DNA of 16,626 bases from Bacteroidia bacterium (GTDB lineage Bacteria > Bacteroidota > Bacteroidia > Bacteroidales > VadinHA17): positions 1 to 16,626 of the forward strand of contig JAPLDX010000003.1 in the NCBI GenBank assembly GCA_026391215.1, written 5' to 3'. This document shows positions 1-6,544 of the stretch, piece after piece. The position numbers and the translations under genes were made by a program. Position 1 is the first letter of the stretch; every line of letters starts with the position of its first letter. The notes under the pieces were generated by a model. It had not been told where the DNA came from, searched no databases, and was given only the letters and a program-made list of their open reading frames with translations.

Positions 1-159
1 ACATCCTCCGTCATTTATTATTTTATTTATTGTCGGCAAAGCTCCCCTGATGCGGGTGTCATCCGTTACAACAAATGTCTTTTTGTCAAGAGGTACATTG
101 AAATCAACCCTTACAATGGCTTTTTTACCTTTGAAATTGAAGTCCTGAATCATTTTCAT
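1..159 (-). CDS. pgk: Phosphoglycerate kinase, N-terminal 53 codons (runs off the window's left edge)
   Basis: Manual translation from ATG at 159: [53 protein letters not shown]. It contains the PGK signature RVDFNVP and DDTRI. Not in the supplied ORF track. Confidence 0.95.
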   Translation of the reverse strand, partial: MKMIQDFNFKGKKAIVRVDFNVPLDKKTFVVTDDTRIRGALPTINKIINDGGC

Positions 160-196
160 ATATCACATGGTTTAATTTGGTAACTAATTAAGTGTA

Positions 197-204
197 CAAA
201 CCTA
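197..204 (-). promoter_or_regulatory. Bacteroidota -7 promoter box for pgk
   Basis: + strand CAAACCTA reads TAGGTTTG on the - strand, matching TAnnTTTG, 37 nt upstream of the pgk ATG. Confidence 0.65.
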
Positions 205-222
205 CAGAATTTTTAAATAAAA

Positions 223-391
223 ATGAAACCCCTCCGGGGTTTATAAAAGATTAGAGTATATTGTGTTAGCAATTATGGAATTCCTCCGGAATTTAAATTT
301 CTTTTTGGCCTTCCATGAACCGCGGAGCGGTTCCATCATTACTAACATCAGGAACTAAATCCCTCCTATATGAACCGCGGGGCGGTTCTAT
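223..391. repeat. Cluster of four REP-like hairpins (AT(G/A) + 7-bp stem + 3-nt loop), two per strand
   Basis: 223-242 (+) ATG-AAACCCC-TCC-GGGGTTT; 275-294 (+) ATG-GAATTCC-TCC-GGAATTT; 317-336 (-) ATG-GAACCGC-TCC-GCGGTTC; 372-391 (-) ATA-GAACCGC-CCC-GCGGTTC. Confidence 0.8.
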
Positions 392-453
392 TTGTCAATC
401 CTTCATAATAAATCCGGAAATTATTCCGGTAGCAATCATGTAAAAACTTTAAC

Positions 454-461
454 TAATTTTG
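454..461 (+). promoter_or_regulatory. Bacteroidota -7 promoter box for tpx
   Basis: TAATTTTG matches TAnnTTTG, 11 nt upstream of ATG 473. Confidence 0.65.
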
Positions 462-472
462 GAAAAAAAGTT

Positions 473-970
473 ATGGCAAAAATCACGTTCAAAGGAAACC
501 CTGTAAATACTTCCGGTAATCTTCCCGTGAAAGGCAGCAAGGCACCGGATTTTTCACTTGTCAAATCAGATCTTGGAAATCTGTCATTATCAGAAATTAA
601 AGGCAAGAAACTCATTCTTAACATATTCCCGAGTCTTGATACTTCAGTCTGTGCGACATCTGTTAGAAAATTTAACCAGCTGGCAGCAGGCAGATCCAAT
701 GTACTGGTCCTGGCCATCTCAAAAGATCTCCCATTTGCACACGGACGCTTCTGTACGACAGAAGGGATAAATAATGTTGTTACTCTTTCAGGATTCCGCG
801 ATACGGCTTTCGGAAAAGCTTATGGTGTTGATATGATTGACGGTCCGCTTGCCGGTCTTTATGTGCGAAGCATCGTAGTCATTGATGAAAAAGGAAAAGT
901 AATCCATACACAGCTTGTCCCTGAAATAGCTATGGAACCTGATTATGATGCAGCTCTCAATTCCATCTAA
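473..970 (+). CDS. tpx: Thiol peroxidase (atypical 2-Cys peroxiredoxin Tpx), 165 aa
   Basis: N-terminus MAKITFKGNPV, peroxidatic motif FPSLDTSVC, and SKDLPFA..RFC with the resolving Cys. Start moved from TTG 392 to ATG 473 because of family length and the -7 box at 454-461. Confidence 0.95.
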   Translation: MAKITFKGNPVNTSGNLPVKGSKAPDFSLVKSDLGNLSLSEIKGKKLILNIFPSLDTSVCATSVRKFNQLAAGRSNVLVLAISKDLPFAHGRFCTTEGINNVVTLSGFRDTAFGKAYGVDMIDGPLAGLYVRSIVVIDEKGKVIHTQLVPEIAMEPDYDAALNSI

Positions 971-1006
971 GATCCTGATAATTATTTTCCTGCATATATA
1001 CATCTA

Positions 1007-2134
1007 ATGAATTTCGCTCATATACCGGGGCACAAAGAAACAATAGCTAAGCTTATCAGGTCAGTTAAGGAGGAGCGGGTTAGTCATGCCCAGCTGTTTA
1101 CAGGACCTGAAGGATGTGGTTCTCTTGCCCTGGCCCTGGCTTATGCAATGTATGTCAGCTGTGAAAACCGTTCTGAGAAGGATTCATGCGGAACCTGCAA
1201 GTCGTGTGTGAAATATGAAAAGATGATCCATCCTGATCTTCATTTTGTATTTCCTGTCATTAAGGACAAGAAAAATGCCGAGCCGGTAAGCGATGCCTAT
1301 ATAGAACAATGGAGAGAGTTCGTTAAACAATCACCCTATTTCACCATCAATGGCTGGCTTAATTCAATAGAGGTTGAAAATGCCCAGGGACTGATATTTG
1401 CAACAGAAGCAGGTGAAATTATAAAGAAGCTTAGCCTTAAGACTTTTGAGTCGGATTTTAAGATTATGATAATCTGGCTTCCCGAAAAGATGCACCCGGC
1501 TACAGCCAATAAGCTTTTGAAGCTTATTGAGGAGCCTCCGGAAAAGACACTTTTCCTCCTTGTTTCAGATGATCCTGACAAGATCCTGCCGACAATAATC
1601 TCGCGGTGCCAGTTATTAAAGATTCCCGGATTCACTGATGATGAAATAAAAGAATTCCTCAAGGTAAAATTCAGTACGGAAGTAAAGAAAGCAGCCGAAA
1701 TAGCCAGGGTGGCAAATGGCAACATAATCAGGGCCATCGAATTGCATGAAAATGAAGATTCTTCCCTCCTGAACCTTGAACGCTTCAAAAACCTTATGAG
1801 GTTTACCTGGAAACGTGATATAATTTCAGTGATCGGCTGGTCAGAGGAAATGGCTTCAACAGGCAGGGAAGCACAGAAGAATTTTCTCTCATATTCTTTA
1901 AGGCTTCTCAGGGAAAACCTCATGCTTTCGCTGGATCAGACGAAAAACAGCCTGGTATTCCTGGCTGGTGATGAAGCTTCCTTTTCAGATAATTTCCATC
2001 CATTTATCAATCAAAAGAATATCTATAACTTAACTGATGAATTTAATCTTGCCCATTCCCACGTGGAAGCAAACGGAAATGCAAAAATAATTTTCCTCGA
2101 CCTTGCCCTTAAAGTTACGCGGCTGATCCGATGA
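1007..2134 (+). CDS. holB: DNA polymerase III delta' subunit (clamp loader)
   Basis: HAQLFTGPEGCGS degenerate P-loop, C-x8-CxxCxxC zinc module, HPDLH, ANKLLKLIEEPP and LPTIISRCQ (SRC motif). Confidence 0.92.
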   Translation: MNFAHIPGHKETIAKLIRSVKEERVSHAQLFTGPEGCGSLALALAYAMYVSCENRSEKDSCGTCKSCVKYEKMIHPDLHFVFPVIKDKKNAEPVSDAYIEQWREFVKQSPYFTINGWLNSIEVENAQGLIFATEAGEIIKKLSLKTFESDFKIMIIWLPEKMHPATANKLLKLIEEPPEKTLFLLVSDDPDKILPTIISRCQLLKIPGFTDDEIKEFLKVKFSTEVKKAAEIARVANGNIIRAIELHENEDSSLLNLERFKNLMRFTWKRDIISVIGWSEEMASTGREAQKNFLSYSLRLLRENLMLSLDQTKNSLVFLAGDEASFSDNFHPFINQKNIYNLTDEFNLAHSHVEANGNAKIIFLDLALKVTRLIR

Positions 2135-2150
2135 TTACCTGTCAGGTAAT
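2134..2150. promoter_or_regulatory. Perfect 17-bp odd palindrome, candidate operator upstream of ricT
   Basis: ATTACCTG-T-CAGGTAAT. A 1-nt centre cannot form an RNA loop with the full stem. It lies 22 nt upstream of the -7 box. Confidence 0.35.
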
Positions 2151-2172
2151 TGACATTGTTGCATTTATTCAC

Positions 2173-2180
2173 TACTTTTG
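2173..2180 (+). promoter_or_regulatory. Bacteroidota -7 promoter box for ricT-gldH-trmB-atl
   Basis: TACTTTTG in the holB-ricT intergenic gap. Confidence 0.6.
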
Positions 2181-2208
2181 CGTGATTATTCAATAGCGTT
2201 GGATCTGT

Positions 2209-3360
2209 ATGACAGAAAATGATGATTTGCAAGGGCAGGCGGGTGAGGAGATCCGGATGCCTGATATAAAATATAAACCCGGTAATAACAAATTAGATTC
2301 CTTCAACTGGCTCAAAGATCTTCCTGAGTGTCCGGGGGAAAATGAGATTATCGAAATCAGGTTTAAAAACACACGTAAGGGATTTTACAGGAATGTAAAC
2401 AATCTCAGGTTCGAGATTGGCGATCTGGTTGCTGTTGAAGCTTCTCCCGGCCATGACATTGGAAGGGTTTCAATGACAGGAAGGCTTGTTCGTGAACAGC
2501 TTAAGGAATGTAAAGTGACCCTGGCCCCGGAAGATCTTAAGAAAGTATATCGCAAGGCAAAGGCTGTAGATATACAGAAATGGGAAGAAGCAAAAAAGCT
2601 TGAGATTCCTACCATGTTGCGTTCCAGACAGATATCCGAAGAACTTAAGCTGAACATGAAAATCGGGGATGTGGAATACCAGGGCGATAGAACTAAAGCC
2701 ATATTCTATTATATCGCTGATGAGAGGGTTGATTTCAGACAACTGATAAAAGTGCTTGCCGAGGAATTCAAGGTAAGGGTAGAAATGCGCCAGATAGGCG
2801 CCAGGCAGGAAGCCGGAAGAATCGGCGGAATAGGAGCCTGCGGCAGAGAATTGTGCTGTGCAACATATATCACCAATTTCATCTCTGTCACGACAACACA
2901 TGCTAAATACCAGGAATTATCGCTTAATCCACAGAAGCTGGCAGGACAATGCAGCAAGCTGAAATGCTGCCTTAATTTTGAGGTTGATTGCTATGTTGAT
3001 GCTCAGAAACATTTCCCATCAAAGGAAGTGCCGCTTGAGACAGCCGACTCTACAGCATATTTCCAGAAAATGGAGGTTCATAAAGGTATCTACTGGTATA
3101 CTACTGATCCTCATTCAACAGCCAATCTTGTTGCCGTACCCGTTGAGAGAGTCAGGGAAATACAGACAATGAATAAAAAGGGAATAAAGGCAGAACGACT
3201 GCTTCCTGTCCCTCAATCCTGGGAGACATCTCCGGTTTCAGAAGACCTTCTTAAAAATAACAGCCTTACAAGATTTGATCCTTCTCCTTCAAAAAACCAG
3301 CAACATAAACATCCTCATAAAAGAAAAAACAGGAGATTTAATGACAATAAAAACAAATAA
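2209..3360 (+). CDS. ricT: PSP1 C-terminal domain / RicT (YaaT)-family Fe-S protein
   Basis: RVDFRQL, MRQIGARQEAGRIGGIGACGRELCC and KLAGQCSKLKCCLNFE are PSP1/YaaT motifs. The start may instead be ATG 2257. Confidence 0.88.
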   Translation: MTENDDLQGQAGEEIRMPDIKYKPGNNKLDSFNWLKDLPECPGENEIIEIRFKNTRKGFYRNVNNLRFEIGDLVAVEASPGHDIGRVSMTGRLVREQLKECKVTLAPEDLKKVYRKAKAVDIQKWEEAKKLEIPTMLRSRQISEELKLNMKIGDVEYQGDRTKAIFYYIADERVDFRQLIKVLAEEFKVRVEMRQIGARQEAGRIGGIGACGRELCCATYITNFISVTTTHAKYQELSLNPQKLAGQCSKLKCCLNFEVDCYVDAQKHFPSKEVPLETADSTAYFQKMEVHKGIYWYTTDPHSTANLVAVPVERVREIQTMNKKGIKAERLLPVPQSWETSPVSEDLLKNNSLTRFDPSPSKNQQHKHPHKRKNRRFNDNKNK

Positions 3361-3814
3361 TTGCATATTCCTGGTCTTGTTGTTTTTCCTCTCATCATGC
3401 AATGGGGATATTATATTCACTGATAGTGTTGCTATGCCCGATAAAATGTGGGAGTTATCAAATGTACCGGATTTCAGTGTCACAGTCACCGATACAATTC
3501 AGCTAACAGACGTTTATTTCACCATCCGCACCGGCTCAGATTATCCGTTCCGTAATTTATTTCTTTTTGTTACTGCATCCTCTCCTGACGGAAACAGCAT
3601 GACAGACACCCTGGAATATGACCTGGCAGATGAAAAAGGAAACTGGTACGGTAAAGGATTTGGTGATATTCATGAGCTGGACCTGCCATACAGAACAAAT
3701 GTATTTTTCCCGTTGAAAGGCACTTACAGGTTTACGATCCAGCATGGAATGCGCGTCGGCGACCTTAATGACGTTTATGATCTTGGACTGAGAATAGAAA
3801 AAAGCTTAAAATAA
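3341..3814 (+). CDS. gldH: GldH-family lipoprotein, 157 aa
   Basis: From ATG 3341: MTIKTNNCIFLVLLFFLSSC (lipobox LSSC), then YPFRNLFLFV, DTLEYDLADEKGNWYGKGFG, GTYRFTIQHGMR and GLRIEK. Overlaps the ricT 3' end by 20 nt. Confidence 0.88.
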   Translation: MTIKTNNCIFLVLLFFLSSCNGDIIFTDSVAMPDKMWELSNVPDFSVTVTDTIQLTDVYFTIRTGSDYPFRNLFLFVTASSPDGNSMTDTLEYDLADEKGNWYGKGFGDIHELDLPYRTNVFFPLKGTYRFTIQHGMRVGDLNDVYDLGLRIEKSLK

Positions 3815-3824
3815 ATCTCCGGGT

Positions 3825-4535
3825 GTGGGAAAAAACAAGCTGGCACGATGGGCCGAATTGGAGACATTCAGTAATGTTATCCAGCCTGATACAGGAAACC
3901 TGTACGGTAAAGACCACCCAATAAAGGGAAAATGGCAATCTGATATCTTCCGGAATTCAAATCCTGTCATTCTTGAGCTCGGATGCGGGAAGGGTGAATA
4001 TACCCTGGGGCTTTCATTAAGGTTTCCGTACAATAATTACATAGGTATCGACATTAAAGGCTCCAGGATGTGGCGCGGAGCAAAAACAGCTTATGAGAAT
4101 AAAATGCTTAATGTTGCATTCCTCCGGACCAGGATAGAATACATCAATTCATACTTTGCTGAAAATGAAGTAGATGAAATATGGATCACATTCCCTGACC
4201 CTTACTCAGAAAAATTGAATTCCAACAAGCGGCTTACATGTCCTTGGTTCCTTAATACCTACCGCAATTTTCTTAAAGACAACGGAACTATTCATTTGAA
4301 AACGGATAATTCCGAATTATTCAATTATACAAGGAATTTAGCTGAACAGAATGATCTCCCGGTAATTTGTGCAATTACCGACCTGTATGCGGATAAGAAA
4401 GGTAATGATATCCTTTTTATAAGAACGCATTATGAAAATCTCTTTCTCGCTGGTGGATTGAAAATAAGTTATCTTGCCTTCAGGCTTGAAAAAAACAAAG
4501 TCATTGAAGATGCCGCGACAAAAATCAAAAAATAA
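3825..4535 (+). CDS. trmB: tRNA (guanine-N7)-methyltransferase
   Basis: GTG start. LELGCGKGEY SAM-binding motif, GIDIKGSR, ITFPDP, KRLT, LKTD and RTHYE. Confidence 0.95.
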   Translation: MGKNKLARWAELETFSNVIQPDTGNLYGKDHPIKGKWQSDIFRNSNPVILELGCGKGEYTLGLSLRFPYNNYIGIDIKGSRMWRGAKTAYENKMLNVAFLRTRIEYINSYFAENEVDEIWITFPDPYSEKLNSNKRLTCPWFLNTYRNFLKDNGTIHLKTDNSELFNYTRNLAEQNDLPVICAITDLYADKKGNDILFIRTHYENLFLAGGLKISYLAFRLEKNKVIEDAATKIKK

Positions 4536-4860
4536 TGAAGATTTCTTCAGCAGCGTTTACAATGTGACAATGCAGATACCTTACGGCCGTGTCACGTCAT
4601 ATGGCGCTATTGCCAGCTACCTGGGCGCGGGCAGTTCTGCCAGAACTGTTGGCTGGGCACTTAATGCCAGTCATAATACTCCGGAATTTATTCCTGCCCA
4701 CAGGGTGGTAAACCGTAACGGCCTGCTGACAGGCAAGTTTCATTTCGGGAATACGACAACAATGCAGCAGCTTCTCGAAAATGAAGGTATTATTGTTGAA
4801 AATGACCGTATTGTCAATTTCGTGGAAAAATTCTGGGATCCATTATCCGAACTTTCCTGA
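4510..4860 (+). CDS. Alkyltransferase-like (ATL) MGMT-family DNA-binding protein, 116 aa
   Basis: IPYGRVTSYGAIA and ARTVGWAL (HTH/Arg finger), with PAHRVV in place of the active-site PCHRVV. ATG 4510 preferred; it overlaps the trmB end. Confidence 0.85.
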   Translation: MPRQKSKNNEDFFSSVYNVTMQIPYGRVTSYGAIASYLGAGSSARTVGWALNASHNTPEFIPAHRVVNRNGLLTGKFHFGNTTTMQQLLENEGIIVENDRIVNFVEKFWDPLSELS

Positions 4861-4864
4861 TTTT

Positions 4865-4895
4865 TTTGTGTTATAATAAATAAGTGGTAAAATTG
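4865..4895 (+). promoter_or_regulatory. Possible -33/-7 promoter for mrp-nifU
   Basis: TTTG (4865-4868), a 19-nt spacer, then TAAAATTG (4888-4895; one mismatch to TAnnTTTG). Confidence 0.4.
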
Positions 4896-4937
4896 CAGGC
4901 TGCTTATATTTAATTTAAATAAAAATAACAACTGGTT

Positions 4938-5066
4938 TTCACATACTCATCCCCCCAGCCCCCTTCTCTGCTGAAGCAAAGAAGGGGGTGTAACATATTA
5001 TAAGTAAGACAATTCCCCCTCTTTGCTTCAGCAGAGAGGGGGAAAAGAAGGGGGTGAGTACGTGAA
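4938..5066. repeat. Inverted pair of GC-rich hairpin/mirror-repeat units (BoxC/PIT-like, REPIN/MITE-like arrangement)
   Basis: Terminal IR TTCAC(A/G)TACTCA (4938-4949 / 5055-5066). Left hairpin CCCCCTTCT-C-TGC-TGAA-GCA-A-AGAAGGGGG (4959-4988). Right hairpin CCCCCTCT-T-TGC-TTCA-GCA-G-AGAGGGGG (5015-5042). AT-rich 26-bp spacer. Confidence 0.85.
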
Positions 5067-5108
5067 GTAAAAGAAAAGAAAATAATTAATAGCTATCTAA
5101 TAATTACT

Positions 5109-6212
5109 ATGTTCTCCAAAGATCAGATATTAACCGCATTAAGAAAAGTCATTCATCCTGAAAAAGGAAAAGATATTGTCTCTCTCGGAATGGTTACTGA
5201 AGTTAAATCGGAAGATAACGGAATTTCTCTGCTGTTAGAGCCCGAAAAATCAAATGATCCTTTCCTGTCATCAATAAAAAGCAGTGTGGCAAGGAGTATA
5301 AAGGAAACACTTGGTGCAGATGCAGTAATTGCAAATATTGAGGTCAGGCCAAAGGTGATTTCGGGTAAACAGCATGAGAAACCACAAGAGCTTCTGCCAG
5401 GGATAAAAAACATTATTGCCATATCATCAGGCAAGGGAGGTGTTGGTAAAACGACTGTTGCAGTAAACCTGGCAATTGCCCTGGCAAGGAAAAAATACAG
5501 CGTAGGCCTTCTTGATGCAGATGTATTCGGACCATCAGTCCCAAAAATGCTGGGTGCTGAAGATTACAAACCTGGAATAAAAAGGGAAAGCGAAACCGAT
5601 CTTATTATTCCTCTTTTTAAATATGGAGTAAAAGTCCTTTCGACCGGGTTTTTTGTCAGCCCTTCGGATGCTCTTGTCTGGAGAGGCCCCATGGCATCAA
5701 ATTTCTTAAAACAGCTTATTGCGCAGGGAGAATGGGGTTCCCTGGATTTCCTCCTTATAGATCTGCCCCCGGGTACAAGCGATATTCATCTTACTATTGT
5801 CCAGGAGATAGCTGTAACAGGAGCAATTATTGTCAGCACTCCTCAGGCAATTGCTTTATCGGATGCCGTTAAGGGAATATCAATGTTCAGGAGCGAAAAG
5901 ATCAATGTTCCGGTGCTGGGCCTTGTTGAGAATATGTCATGGTTCACTCCTGCCGAGCTCCCTCAGAATAAGTACTTTATTTTCGGTAAAGAGGGAGGTA
6001 GAAAACTTGCTGAAAAGATGGGAGTGCCTCTTCTGGGTCAGATACCAATTGTTCAGGGTATTTGTGAGAGCGGAGACAGTGGATTTCCTGTCGCTCTTGA
6101 AAATTCTCCTGCAGGCAACGCTTTTATGTCCCTGGCAGACGAGGTAATTGAAAATGTGAGCAGGAGAAATAAGGAACAGCGGCCAACAGTAAAAGTTCAT
6201 TTAAACAAATAA
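5109..6212 (+). CDS. mrp: Mrp/NBP35 (ApbC) family ATPase, Fe-S carrier-like, with N-terminal DUF59-like domain
   Basis: Deviant Walker A SGKGGVGKT, DADVFGPS, WRGPM, IDLPPGTSD, STPQ and ENMS. N-terminal segment KDIVSLGMV. Confidence 0.93.
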   Translation: MFSKDQILTALRKVIHPEKGKDIVSLGMVTEVKSEDNGISLLLEPEKSNDPFLSSIKSSVARSIKETLGADAVIANIEVRPKVISGKQHEKPQELLPGIKNIIAISSGKGGVGKTTVAVNLAIALARKKYSVGLLDADVFGPSVPKMLGAEDYKPGIKRESETDLIIPLFKYGVKVLSTGFFVSPSDALVWRGPMASNFLKQLIAQGEWGSLDFLLIDLPPGTSDIHLTIVQEIAVTGAIIVSTPQAIALSDAVKGISMFRSEKINVPVLGLVENMSWFTPAELPQNKYFIFGKEGGRKLAEKMGVPLLGQIPIVQGICESGDSGFPVALENSPAGNAFMSLADEVIENVSRRNKEQRPTVKVHLNK

Positions 6213-6224
6213 ATCCGAAATAAT

Positions 6225-6464
6225 ATGTCAGAAATCAAAGCAATCAAAGAACGTGTTAAAAAAGCGCTGGAAAGGGTAAGACCGTATCTTCAGTCGGACG
6301 GTGGGGATATTGAACTTCTTGAAGTAACTGAAGACCTTTCAGTTAAAGTCAGGCTTACCGGTGCATGCCACGGTTGTCCATACAGCATGCAGACTTTAAA
6401 AGCCGGTGTGGAGCAGGTCATCATGAAGGAGGTTCCTGAAATAAAAAGGGTTATTTCCTCCTGA
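6225..6464 (+). CDS. NifU-C/Nfu domain Fe-S carrier protein
   Basis: VRPYLQSDGGDIEL and LTGACHGCPYSMQTLKAGVE (CxxC). Confidence 0.93.
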   Translation: MSEIKAIKERVKKALERVRPYLQSDGGDIELLEVTEDLSVKVRLTGACHGCPYSMQTLKAGVEQVIMKEVPEIKRVISS

Positions 6465-6489
6465 GAAACAGCAACTGCCCAATTTTATT

Positions 6490-6497
6490 TACCTTTG
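6490..6497 (+). promoter_or_regulatory. Bacteroidota -7 promoter box for porW-porX-tsaE
   Basis: TACCTTTG in the nifU-porW gap. Confidence 0.65.
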
Positions 6498-6544
6498 AAA
6501 TACTATAGACGGTTTTGGTAAGTTTATAGTATAAAATCTGTTTA

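Noticed and set aside
223-391. Mini CRISPR array
   Set aside because: The units are in opposite orientations, are about 20 bp long with differing stems, and no cas genes are present.
392-472. N-terminal extension of Tpx from TTG 392
   Set aside because: The family-typical sequence starts at MAKITFKG (473), and a -7 promoter box lies inside the extension.
1100-1123. HolB P-loop lacking Lys (GPEGCGS)
   Set aside because: Delta' subunits are normally ATPase-inactive with degenerate Walker A motifs, so this is not novel.
1336-1923. 195-aa antisense ORF (and the other short overlapping or antisense ORFs in the track)
   Set aside because: These are shadows of well-supported genes, with no recognisable motifs or independent signals.
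3275-3340. Longer gldH start
   Set aside because: It would bury the lipoprotein signal peptide and overlap ricT by 86 nt. ATG 3341 gives a normal signal with LSSC.
4938-5066. Simple Rho-independent terminators or an autonomous IS
   Set aside because: The + strand stems have no following U-tract, a terminator would not explain the mirror arms or terminal IR, and there is no transposase ORF or clear target-site duplication.
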